Below, piece by piece: positions 1 through 7,867 of a DNA stretch of 33,250 bases. The DNA comes from a virus (taxonomy: Duplodnaviria; Caudoviricetes), in IMG/VR virus record IMGVR_UViG_3300037524_001229, positions 1 through 33,250 of that record. The stretch is one strand, 5' to 3'. The notes beneath the pieces are model-generated. The model was not told the DNA's origin, ran no database searches, and saw nothing but the letters and a program-made list of their open reading frames with translations. Both the position numbers and the translations under genes were made by a program. How positions within the stretch are numbered: the first letter of the stretch is position 1; every line of letters begins with the position of its first letter.

Positions 1-167
1 ACCAACCAGGTAGAGGGTCGTCTTGAGGCGAATGTTGTAACACAGCTTTTCACCCTTGACCGGCCTATCGCGCTCGCCGTTGGTCACGCCGTAGCCGGCA
101 TATCGCCAGAGTGCCGAGACGGTGTTGGCGCGCTCGATATCGATCATAGCGACCATCTTGGCAGCTA
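1..167 (+). repeat. Left copy of terminal direct repeat
   Basis: 1-126 is identical to 33084-33209; 127-167 matches 33210-33250 with 6 substitutions. Confidence 0.97.
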
Positions 168-423
168 ACAAGTAGCCGATGCCTTTGAGTTCGACGAGCC
201 TCTCAATGATCGGCTCGTGCTGGGCCAGTTCTGCTATGTCTCGGTCGGCCTCAGCTTCAAGCTCGTCGAAGCGTTGGAACCATCGCTCGATGATGGCATG
301 GGCTTCGGGGTTGCTTTCGTCTGTGCCGCGCTCGATGGCGCTGGCACGGTTGCCAAAGGCGATGCGAGACTTTTGCAGGGTCCGGTCTCGCAGATCGACT
401 AGCGTTCGGAGTGTAGTGTCCAT
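1..423 (-). CDS. tasA: 5' part (141 codons) of a TasA-like Nop/IS110-C-terminal-domain RNA-guided DNA-binding protein; continues across the junction into 33083..32814 (230 aa total)
   Basis: Manual translation from ATG at 423 (RBS AAGGAG): MDTTLRTLVDLRDRTLQKSRIAFGNR...LVELKGIGYLLAAKMVAMIDIERANTVSALWRYAGYG. The GIG...A...SALWRYAG segment resembles the Transposase_20/Nop fold. No N-terminal DEDD/RuvC domain. A 36-nt dual-repeat array follows the gene. Confidence 0.82.
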   Translation of the reverse strand, partial: MDTTLRTLVDLRDRTLQKSRIAFGNRASAIERGTDESNPEAHAIIERWFQRFDELEAEADRDIAELAQHEPIIERLVELKGIGYLLAAKMVAMIDIERANTVSALWRYAGYGVTNGERDRPVKGEKLCYNIRLKTTLYLVG

Positions 424-443
424 CTGGGCTCCTTGACACTTCG

Positions 444-493
444 TGGTACAATGAGGGTGGGAGCGGCCTACGTTGGCTGCGCCGGCCGCTCCC
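444..493 (+). promoter_or_regulatory. Extended -10 box followed by a 10-bp stem-loop between tasA and the integrase
   Basis: TGGTACAAT at 444-452; GGGAGCGGCC (459-468) pairs with GGCCGCTCCC (484-493). Confidence 0.4.
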
Positions 494-630
494 GGTCTGT
501 GATCCTAAACCAGCGGGGGCTGGCGGCTAGGCTGAGCTTTCGGTCTGGCCGCTTTGCGTTGCGCATCACGGCCTGGCCGGTTCCTGGCTGGTATGATGGG
601 GGTCTATCATTCCAGCAGGAGGGTATTGCG

Positions 631-1581
631 ATGTTGCTCGAACGTGCTATCCATGAGTTCCTGGTTGCCGGCCGGGCTGGCGGGTGGTCTGCTGCGACCG
701 TCCACCAGTATGGCTGGCATCTGGAGCGCTGGCGGGCCTGGCTGGCGGAGCGCGGTGTGGCTGACCTGGACGGGATCAGCCGCTCGCTGCTGCGCGAGTA
801 CGGCGCGTCGCTGGCGGATCATTACGAGCCGTCCACCAGGCGGGTGGCTGCGGTTGCGCTGCGGTCATTGCTGAACTGGCTGGCGGAGGAGGAGGAGATC
901 GCCGAGGCGAAACGGTTGGCGTCGGCGGTCAAGCCTCCGAAGGTGCCGGCCCGGGTCCAGCGGACAATGGAATTGTCAGAGGTGGAGGCGATGCTGCGGG
1001 CCTGCGAACGGCCCTATGAGGCTGGTCTGACGCCGGCCCAGGGGGATGCCACGCGGGTGAGAAATGGGGCGATTGTGGCAGTGCTGTTTGACTGCCTGCT
1101 GCGGGCCAGCGAGCTATGCCGGCTGGATGTGTCGCACGTCTACCTGGAGCGTAGGCGGCTGGAGGTGCGCGGCAAGGGGGGCGGTGAGGCGCTGGTGCGC
1201 TTCAGTGAGGCGACGGGGGAGTATCTGTCCGCCTGGCTGGCGATGCGGCCTGGTTACGCTGCTCCTGGGGTGGCTGCGCTGTTCTGTGCGATCACGGGTG
1301 CGGCGCCGGGTCAGAGGTTGACGACCAACGGGCTGCGGATCGTGGTGCGCAAGCTGGGGGAGCGGGCGGGGGTGGAGAAGGTCTCGCCGCACGCGTTCAG
1401 GCGGGGTGGCGCTGTGCAGGCGGTGGAAAATGGGGCGCCGGATCGGATGCTGCAACTGCACGCGCGGTGGGCCAAGACGGATATGATCGAGACTTACACG
1501 CGCGCCCTGCGGGCAGATGAGCGGTTCGACGACTACTCGCCGATGCGAGCGTTAAACGGGCATGGTTTAAGGGTAGAGTGA
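631..1581 (+). CDS. int: Tyrosine integrase (XerC/D-like), 316 aa
   Basis: RBS CAGGAGG before ATG 631. N-terminal core-binding region (WSAATVHQY). Catalytic motifs LRASE (R), GKGG (K), HAFRR (HxxR), ARW (W at the H/W site) and IETY (Y). Confidence 0.95.
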   Translation: MLLERAIHEFLVAGRAGGWSAATVHQYGWHLERWRAWLAERGVADLDGISRSLLREYGASLADHYEPSTRRVAAVALRSLLNWLAEEEEIAEAKRLASAVKPPKVPARVQRTMELSEVEAMLRACERPYEAGLTPAQGDATRVRNGAIVAVLFDCLLRASELCRLDVSHVYLERRRLEVRGKGGGEALVRFSEATGEYLSAWLAMRPGYAAPGVAALFCAITGAAPGQRLTTNGLRIVVRKLGERAGVEKVSPHAFRRGGAVQAVENGAPDRMLQLHARWAKTDMIETYTRALRADERFDDYSPMRALNGHGLRVE

Positions 1582-1628
1582 TAAACCGTTAGTTTAACGC
1601 GCGAGTTCTGGGGGGAACCCGAACGGGG

Positions 1629-1666
1629 AACGGTTGGTTCCTAGTTCGAGTCTAGGCGCAGGAGCC
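1629..1666 (+). other. attP core: 3' fragment of a tRNA gene, probably tRNA-Asn
   Basis: T-arm CCTAG-TTCGAGT-CTAGG (1640-1656), acceptor 3' strand CGCAGGA, discriminator G, then CC. No 5' half upstream. Lies about 50 bp after the integrase. An implied TCC 5' end with G73 fits tRNA-Asn. Confidence 0.8.
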
Positions 1667-1730
1667 TAGTGCCTGCTAACTGCTATGCGGTTGGTAAGGT
1701 GCGGATGAAAGGGGCTGCTCGGTGGCCACA

Positions 1731-1763
1731 GGACGCTCCCACTGGCATGGGGGCGTTTCTGTT
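1731..1763 (+). terminator. Probable intrinsic terminator after attP, between the convergent int and RHH genes
   Basis: GGACGCTCCCA (1731-1741) pairs with TGGGGGCGTTT (1748-1758) allowing G-U; short T-rich tail. Confidence 0.55.
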
Positions 1764-1766
1764 GGA

Positions 1767-1928
1767 TCAGGCCGGCATGGGTGCCGGTTCGTGGTGCTCG
1801 ACGTATTCCTCGATGGCTTTGCGGATGTGGTCGCTGCGGGTGCCAAGGCGTGACGCAGTAACCACGGCCTCCAGCTTGCTGAGGAGTTCTTCATCGAGAC
1901 GTACCACGATTTGCTGTTCCTTGGCCAT
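1767..1928 (-). CDS. Ribbon-helix-helix (CopG/Arc/MetJ-like) regulator, 53 aa
   Basis: QQIVVRLDEELLSKLE...GTRSDHIRKAIEEY is a typical RHH pattern; RBS AGGAGG. Confidence 0.88.
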   Translation of the reverse strand: MAKEQQIVVRLDEELLSKLEAVVTASRLGTRSDHIRKAIEEYVEHHEPAPMPA

Positions 1929-1974
1929 TGGAGCCTCCTGGTCGTATTGCCGGGCTGATTTGCCCTGCACGGGT

Positions 1975-2004
1975 ATTGTAACACAGTGCATTGCATCTTG
2001 TCAA
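1975..2004 (-). promoter_or_regulatory. Sigma70-type promoter for the RHH gene
   Basis: TTGACA-N18-TACAAT with TG extension; palindrome TGCATTGCA (1987-1995) in the spacer is a possible operator. Confidence 0.75.
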
Positions 2005-2017
2005 GAGGGAATTTGGC

Positions 2018-2046
2018 TTGACGCCGCACGGGCCGCGTGATATGAT
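2018..2046 (+). promoter_or_regulatory. Sigma70-type promoter for the lipoprotein gene
   Basis: TTGACG-N17-TATGAT with TG extension, back to back with the RHH promoter. Confidence 0.75.
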
Positions 2047-2065
2047 GACCGGAGAGGAGACCACC

Positions 2066-2713
2066 ATGAAACTATCGTTTCCCCTTGTGCTGATTCTGAT
2101 CCTGGCGGCCTGCGCATCGACGCCGGCGCCGACTATCCCCCCCACCTTGCCAACGACGGCGCCATCGCCAACGGCTGCCAGGACCGCCACAGCAGCGCCA
2201 GCGGCGACGAACACGCCGCGCCCGACGGATTTACCGTCTCCAACGGCTACAGCGTCTCCTGCGCCGTCTGACACGCCGACGGCTATGCCAGAGCCGGCGC
2301 CAGCGGCCAACCTGGACGATTGGCGGCTGCCGCTGATCGCTGCGGGACTGACGCAGATGAGCATCGTCGAGCTTGAGCAGTTGGCCGTGGATCAGCCGGA
2401 GGGGATGCTGGGCAGTGTGCTAGGGCTGGGGATCAGCCTGGGTGTGATCGACGATGCGCTGGAGGCGTGGCAGCCAGGGCCAGAGCAGGCCGGCTATGTG
2501 GAGCCGTTGCGGGCCAACCTGGCGGCGGTCGGTGGCGTGGTGCGTCAGTGGTACGATGGCGAGATCAGCGCGGCGGATGTGGCTGCGAGTCTGCGGCCTG
2601 CGCGCGCCGCGAGTGAGCAGGTGCTGGGCGATCTGCGGCGCGATCTGCGCCGGCTGGGTGTGAGTGCGGAAGATCTCGATGCGCTGATGACGGAGATCAT
2701 GGCGGGGATGTAG
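2066..2713 (+). CDS. Lipoprotein with Pro/Thr-rich linker, 215 aa (candidate superinfection exclusion or lysogenic conversion)
   Basis: MKLSFPLVLILILAAC lipobox, long PT/PA tether, helical C-domain, RBS GGAGAGGAG. Confidence 0.8.
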   Translation: MKLSFPLVLILILAACASTPAPTIPPTLPTTAPSPTAARTATAAPAATNTPRPTDLPSPTATASPAPSDTPTAMPEPAPAANLDDWRLPLIAAGLTQMSIVELEQLAVDQPEGMLGSVLGLGISLGVIDDALEAWQPGPEQAGYVEPLRANLAAVGGVVRQWYDGEISAADVAASLRPARAASEQVLGDLRRDLRRLGVSAEDLDALMTEIMAGM

Positions 2714-2848
2714 CCGGCTGTGGGCTGGGAGTGTAGTGACTGGCCCGTGCGTTCTGGGTTGCCGCGGATACACAGGGGCGCAGATACGACGGCGGGCGGG
2801 CAGGCCGGTGAAAGTCCGGCCCCGGCCCAGAGCCGGCTACCAGGTGCT

Positions 2849-2914
2849 GTTGCTGCTACTGATCTCCCCCCAGCCTATCAGTGAGAACAGGGGGGTGGGG
2901 TCAGTAGCAGCAAC
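2849..2914. repeat. Long intergenic hairpin
   Basis: GTTGCTGCTACTGA (2849-2862) is the perfect reverse complement of 2901-2914; extendable inward by C-run/G-run pairing. Confidence 0.85.
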
Positions 2915-2943
2915 GCGTTTAAGGTTGGGAGACGGGGGGCTAC

Positions 2944-3017
2944 CGTTACGAAACATGCCGGGCTGGTGCATTTCGTAACGCTAGGGGGTTGCATTTTACG
3001 CGTTCATGTGGTATCAT
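2944..3017 (+). promoter_or_regulatory. Late-operon promoter with upstream inverted repeat
   Basis: TTGCAT(2989)-N17-TATCAT(3012) with TG extension; CGTTACGAAA (2944-2953) and TTTCGTAACG (2971-2980) form an inverted repeat. Confidence 0.65.
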
Positions 3018-3061
3018 GAAAACGTGTAGGGGATGCCTGCACAACACGACCAGGGTGAGGT

Positions 3062-3298
3062 ATGCCGATGGTCGCTCCGAACGTTATCAGCATTGCGGTC
3101 ATAGTGGGGATCATTGCCCTGGCTGAGGGCCTCAGCCAGGAGTTGCCCGCGCTCGGCGAACCCTGGGTGCCGTTCGCTGTGGTGGCCGTGGGGGCGTTGG
3201 TCAAGGGGCTTCAGATCGTCCTCCAGGATCAGCGGTCGAAGGCGACCTATGTCGCGCCTGCGCCAGGCCATCGGCTGCGGCGCTGGCTGGTGGAGTAG
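3062..3298 (+). CDS. Small two-TM membrane protein, holin-like
   Basis: Two hydrophobic segments and a basic C-terminus; first gene of the late operon. Confidence 0.6.
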   Translation: MPMVAPNVISIAVIVGIIALAEGLSQELPALGEPWVPFAVVAVGALVKGLQIVLQDQRSKATYVAPAPGHRLRRWLVE

Positions 3299-3304
3299 GC
3301 TGTC

Positions 3305-3787
3305 ATGCCACAACGATCCGCGCGGCCATGTCGGTTGCCTGGCTGTCCTGGTCTGGTGCAGGCTGGCGAGGCCTCGTGCAGTCTAGGTCACGTCCAGCAC
3401 CAGGTGCTGAGCAGCGATGCACAGAGAGAGTCGTCGCACGCGCGAGGTTACGACTCGCGTTGGCGACGATTGCGACTCATGTTCCTTCGCTCGCATCCAC
3501 TGTGCGCTGATCCATTCGGCGTGCATGGCAATAGTCCAGAGCCAGCGACGGACGTCGACCACATCGTAGCGCGTCGCGCTGGTGGATCGGATCGCGCGGA
3601 CAATCTACAGGCGCTGTGCCATTCCTGCCACAGCCGCAAGACTGCAACGGAGGCCAGGGGAGGGGGGTTCCAATCTCTGCAACCTGGCCGTAGAGAGACC
3701 GCCGGGGAAGTCTGCACGCACGCCAGCGAAATTCCACGGATTTCCACAAGGTTACATAACGATGCCACGAGCAGGACGCAAGCCTAA
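3305..3787 (+). CDS. Terminase-associated HNH endonuclease
   Basis: RPCRLPGC, RGYDSRWRRLR, PLC, VDHIV...GG...NLQALCHSCHSRKT; directly upstream of terS. Confidence 0.95.
   Translation: MPQRSARPCRLPGCPGLVQAGEASCSLGHVQHQVLSSDAQRESSHARGYDSRWRRLRLMFLRSHPLCADPFGVHGNSPEPATDVDHIVARRAGGSDRADNLQALCHSCHSRKTATEARGGGFQSLQPGRRETAGEVCTHASEIPRISTRLHNDATSRTQA
3655..3735 (+). other. Probable cos/packaging initiation region
   Basis: G-run...AATCTCTG...GACCG...CGAAATT signature between the HNH core and terS, as usual in HNH/P27-terminase cos phages. Exact nick sites not determined. Confidence 0.5.
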
Positions 3788-4256
3788 ACCGACGGCGCTT
3801 AAGGAGCTGGCTGGTAATCCGGGGGGGCGACCGCTGAATGATGCGGAGCCCAGGCCGGAGCCGGCTGGCGACGCGCGGCCGCCGTATCGGCTGCTGCCGA
3901 AGGCGCGGCGGTTCTGGCTGGACAATGCGCCGCGGCTGGATGCGTTGGGGCTGCTGTCGGAGATCGACATGCCGGCGTTCCAGATGATGGCGACGCACTT
4001 CGGGGTGGCTGTGGAGGCGGCGGAGGTGATCAAGGCCGAGGGGATCATGACCAAGGATGAGCATGGGCTGGACCGGAAACACCCAGCGCTGCAGGTGCTG
4101 CGCGACAACAGCGGCGCCTTCCGCGCGTACGCGGCGGAGTTCGGGATGACGCCCAGCAGCCGCTCCAGGGTGAGGGCAGACGCGCCGGAGGAGCAGATGA
4201 GCCTGGCGGATGCGCTGTTTGCGGCCGTGGCGCAGGAGATGGAGAGCGATGCCTAG
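3762..4256 (+). CDS. terS: Terminase small subunit, P27 family
   Basis: GRKPKPTALKELAGNPGGRPLN, KHPAL and EFGMTPSSRSR motifs. Confidence 0.95.
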   Translation: MPRAGRKPKPTALKELAGNPGGRPLNDAEPRPEPAGDARPPYRLLPKARRFWLDNAPRLDALGLLSEIDMPAFQMMATHFGVAVEAAEVIKAEGIMTKDEHGLDRKHPALQVLRDNSGAFRAYAAEFGMTPSSRSRVRADAPEEQMSLADALFAAVAQEMESDA

Positions 4257-5868
4257 GCGACCTGCGGCGAAGGTTCGCGCGCGAACGTCTCCCGATGGCG
4301 ATGTGCGGACGGGGCCGGAGGGGACGTGGTTTGACGCGCGGGCGGGGGCTGTGGCTGTGGCGTTTTTCGAGCGACTGCTCCATCACGTAAAGGGGGAGTG
4401 GTCGGGCGAGGCCTTCAAGCTGCAGCCGTGGCAGCGCGAGATGATCGGCGAGCTGTTTGGGTGGAAGCGGCCGGACGGGAGCCGCAGGTATCGCCGGGCG
4501 TACATCGAGATACCCAGGAAGAACGGCAAGTCCACCCTGGCGGCGGGGATCGGGCTGCTGCTGCTGTTTGCGGATGATGAGCCGGGTGCGGAGATCTACA
4601 GCGCGGCGGCGGATCGGGACCAGGCGGCGATTGTCTTCGACGTGGCCAAGGGGATGGTGGAGTCGTCGCCGCAGCTCCAGCGGCTGGCGGAGGTTTTCAA
4701 GCGGTCGATCACGGTGCCGGCGACCAGGTCGAGCTATAAGGTGTTGTCCGCTGATGCGTTCACCAAGCACGGGTTGAACGCGCACGGGGTGATCTTCGAC
4801 GAGCTGCACGCGCAGCCGACGCGGGAACTGTGGGACGTGCTGAGCACGGCGACGGGCGCGCGGCGACAGCCGCTGCTGGTGGCCATCACGACGGCGGGGT
4901 ATGACCGGGAAAGTGTGTGCTGGGAGCAGCACGAGTACGCGCGCCAGGTGATCGCCGGGGTGATCGAGGACCCGGCGTTTTTTGGCTTCATCGCAGCGGC
5001 GGATGAGGCGGATGATTGGACGGCGCCGGAGACGTGGACAAAGGCGAACCCTGGGTTGGGCGTGTCGGTCAAGTTGGACTATTTGGAGACGGAGTGCAGG
5101 CGGGCGCAGAACTCGCCGGCGTACCAGAATACGTTCCGGCGGCTGCACCTGAACCAGTGGACGCAGCAGGAGACCAGGTGGCTGGATTTGGCGGCGTGGG
5201 ATCGATGCGCGATGGCGGTGGATGCTGAGGAGCTGCGGGGCCGGCGCTGTTATGCGGGGCTGGACCTGGCCTCGACGACGGATATTGCGGCGCTGGTGCT
5301 GGTGTTTCCGCCCAGCGAGCCGGAGGAGCCGTACCAGGCGCTGCCCATCTTCTGGATCCCGGGTGAGAACCTGGTGGAGAAGGGTCGGCGGGACCGGGTG
5401 AGCTATGACGGCTGGGTGCGAGCCGGCCTGATGACGGCCACGCCGGGAAACGTGATCGATTATGAGACGATCCGGGCGGCTGTGGAGCTGCTGGGCGAGC
5501 GGTATGACATCGGCGACATTGCGTTCGACCGGTGGGGCGCGGTGCAGATGTCGCAGCAGCTCGAGGCGGCCGGCTTCACGATGGTGGCCATGGGCCAGGG
5601 TATGCAGTCGATGTCGCCGCCCACCAAGGAGCTGCTGCGGCTGGTGCTGGATGGCCGGCTGGCGCACGGCGGGAACCCGGTTTTGCGCTGGATGGCTGAT
5701 AACCTGGTGGTACAGACTGACCCGGCTGGCAACATCAAGCCGAACAAGGCGAAATCGACGGCCAGGATCGACGGGATGGTGGCGTTGATTATGGCGCTGG
5801 ATCGGGCGACGCGGCATGGCGGTTCGGGCCGGTCGGTGTACGAGGGCCGAGGCCTGCGGGTGCTCTAG
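4249..5868 (+). CDS. terL: Terminase large subunit
   Basis: LQPWQ, Walker A IPRKNGKST, Walker B VIFDELH, ITTAG, nuclease motifs GLDLASTTD and RIDG. Confidence 0.98.
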   Translation: MPRRPAAKVRARTSPDGDVRTGPEGTWFDARAGAVAVAFFERLLHHVKGEWSGEAFKLQPWQREMIGELFGWKRPDGSRRYRRAYIEIPRKNGKSTLAAGIGLLLLFADDEPGAEIYSAAADRDQAAIVFDVAKGMVESSPQLQRLAEVFKRSITVPATRSSYKVLSADAFTKHGLNAHGVIFDELHAQPTRELWDVLSTATGARRQPLLVAITTAGYDRESVCWEQHEYARQVIAGVIEDPAFFGFIAAADEADDWTAPETWTKANPGLGVSVKLDYLETECRRAQNSPAYQNTFRRLHLNQWTQQETRWLDLAAWDRCAMAVDAEELRGRRCYAGLDLASTTDIAALVLVFPPSEPEEPYQALPIFWIPGENLVEKGRRDRVSYDGWVRAGLMTATPGNVIDYETIRAAVELLGERYDIGDIAFDRWGAVQMSQQLEAAGFTMVAMGQGMQSMSPPTKELLRLVLDGRLAHGGNPVLRWMADNLVVQTDPAGNIKPNKAKSTARIDGMVALIMALDRATRHGGSGRSVYEGRGLRVL

Positions 5869-5889
5869 GCTTCGATTAAGAGACGTTAC

Positions 5890-6951
5890 ATGAGCGTAGC
5901 ACTACGAACTATTACCCGAATACAGGATGCTGACGACGCGCCGGCGCTGGGCGTGGACCAGAATGGGTATGCGTTGACGTGGGACAATGCCAGCGGTGCA
6001 TTCGTAGCGGCAGATGTGGGAGGATTGCCATTAACGGCTGGATCGGACAACGCGCTTACCGGGCCGCTGTATCTCGATCCTGGCAGCGATGACAGCGCGA
6101 CGGTGTTTCGCGTGCCAGTGACCAGCACGAACAACGGCGACATCCTGTTCAACGTGCATCGAGCTGAGTTCAGCGGCATCGAGGATGTGGTGTTCAATTG
6201 GGGGTTTAACAACGCAATTGCCGGGGGCAAATCCGATGCTGGCCTGCATTCCTGGTATTTGCAACTAGAGAACGATTATTCCTTCTCGGCAAAACGGTGG
6301 GTGGAATATCATCTAAATCTGTTTCCTACGAGCGGCGACGGGTTTCGCCCGTTTCAGTACCAGTACACAACCGATGGCACCGAGGGGCTACTGTATTTTC
6401 GCGCTACAAATTTCCAGGTGAGCAACCATGTCGGCACAAATCAGGGATTGACCATCGAGTACAGCGCGCCGGATGCAACTCAGGCAACGGTGAAAGTGCG
6501 CGGGTATATCGAGCTACTGCCGCGAACAACGTCGCCAGGGCTGGTGATCCAAAATGCTACATCAACGTTCTACCAAATCAACGGGAGCGATCAACAGTTC
6601 CGGGCGCGCATCACTACATTTGCGGCAATCGACGGTACTGGCTACTTTACCTTTTCGAGTGTCAGCGGCATCAATACCAGCCTCCGCAGGCTCGACGTAA
6701 ACAGTACAGCAACATCGCAGCCGACGTTGCAACTAACCGGGCCAGCTTCTCACAGTGGCCCGTTGCTGAGCGCGTTGAACAGTGCGGCGGCGGTACAATT
6801 TCAGATTGGCCCGGCTGGGCAAATTCGCACAAACCAGGCTGCGGCAAACACAGCCACTCCGAGCGGCGCGACATCATACCAGTTGCCGGTTTACAACGCG
6901 GCTGGTGCGCTGTTGGGCTACATACCTGTCTACGGGAGTGCATGGTCGTGA
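5890..6951 (+). CDS. Beta-rich virion fibre/receptor-binding-like protein, 353 aa
   Basis: Rich in S/T/G/N and aromatic residues; N-terminal NGYALTWDNASGAFV and C-terminal YQLPVY...GYIPVY fibre-like motifs; visibly more AT-rich codons than the flanks. Confidence 0.55.
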   Translation: MSVALRTITRIQDADDAPALGVDQNGYALTWDNASGAFVAADVGGLPLTAGSDNALTGPLYLDPGSDDSATVFRVPVTSTNNGDILFNVHRAEFSGIEDVVFNWGFNNAIAGGKSDAGLHSWYLQLENDYSFSAKRWVEYHLNLFPTSGDGFRPFQYQYTTDGTEGLLYFRATNFQVSNHVGTNQGLTIEYSAPDATQATVKVRGYIELLPRTTSPGLVIQNATSTFYQINGSDQQFRARITTFAAIDGTGYFTFSSVSGINTSLRRLDVNSTATSQPTLQLTGPASHSGPLLSALNSAAAVQFQIGPAGQIRTNQAAANTATPSGATSYQLPVYNAAGALLGYIPVYGSAWS

Positions 6952-7103
6952 CAAAGCAAATCATCATCGAGCCGAACAAACAACCAGCCATCGAGGGCCA
7001 ATGGACTATTGGCGAGATACTGGCGGCGGCTGATTTCCTGCGGCGCTGGATCGAGGCGCAGCAGGTTATAATCGAGCGACCCGCAGTAGAGGATCAACCG
7101 TGA
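6948..7103 (+). CDS. Small hypothetical protein, 51 aa (possible fibre chaperone)
   Basis: GTG start overlaps the upstream stop and its stop overlaps the next start; (M)TKQIIIEPNKQPAIEGQW... Confidence 0.6.
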   Translation: MTKQIIIEPNKQPAIEGQWTIGEILAAADFLRRWIEAQQVIIERPAVEDQP

Positions 7104-7867
7104 GTCAGACTGTACCCGCAACATGCGTCCTTGGACCGGGTAGGACCGGGTTGACCATCGGTTACCGCGTGCTCAACGCTGACCGGACGGTATACAGCGC
7201 GTTCACAACAGATGACGTGTCAGAGACCGGCGTGGCTGGCACGTATAGCGTTGCTGGACTGGTCACTGTGCCAACAGCGGGTGGCCATATCGTCTGGGGC
7301 ACGGCGCTGGCTGATCTGGTAGAGACGACGGTCGAACCTGCAAATTATGCGACGGCTGCTGCGCTGGCCGTCATAGATGCCAACGTGGACGCGGTCAAAT
7401 TGATCACGGACACGCTCGACGTGACGGCTGTGACCCAGGTGGCTTCCTCCAGCGCCGGGCATCTGACGATCACGGCGGGGCTGACGTTCTCGGAGCCTGT
7501 GACAGGCCTGACCATCCCGGCGGACTGGGTGGCGGCGATCTGGACGCTGAAGTATTCGCCGGAGCAGGCAGATACGGCGGCTGTGATACAGTTGCGCGCG
7601 GATAACCCGGCGGATGCGCTGACGGATGGGCTGCTGCGGGTGAACGGCGCGGCGCCATCGTCTCCCATCACGTTGGCGGATGGCAGCCTGACGGTGACGC
7701 AGGCCAGCGGACGGATCGATATTTGGCTGTCGGATGAGTTGACGCTGCTGCTGGCGCGGGCGACGGGCCTGGGCTGGGATGTGAAGTTCATCGACGCGGA
7801 CGACGGGTCCACGGGCCGGCGCGGGACGGCGGACGTGGTGCTGACGGAGACGCAGGCGGTCACATGA
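7100..7867 (+). CDS. Hypothetical, probably virion structural protein, 255 aa
   Basis: Coupled to both neighbours; T/A/V-rich beta composition; C-terminal half resembles baseplate-upper-type Ig folds. Confidence 0.6.
   Translation: MSQTVPATCVLGPGRTGLTIGYRVLNADRTVYSAFTTDDVSETGVAGTYSVAGLVTVPTAGGHIVWGTALADLVETTVEPANYATAAALAVIDANVDAVKLITDTLDVTAVTQVASSSAGHLTITAGLTFSEPVTGLTIPADWVAAIWTLKYSPEQADTAAVIQLRADNPADALTDGLLRVNGAAPSSPITLADGSLTVTQASGRIDIWLSDELTLLLARATGLGWDVKFIDADDGSTGRRGTADVVLTETQAVT

Noticed and set aside
433-452. TTGACA/TACAAT promoter pair, and an integrase start at 433
   Set aside because: The hexamers are only 8 nt apart. The integrase has a strong RBS at ATG 631 and the extension is not integrase-like.
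1548-1600. Integrase arm-type sites (GTTAAACG/GTTTAAGG/GTTTAACG)
   Set aside because: Short and degenerate, and I found no matching set close to the other side of the core; plausible but unsupported.
1590-1666. Complete tRNA gene
   Set aside because: No D-arm, anticodon loop or 5' acceptor strand (TCCTGCG) upstream; only the 3' part is present.
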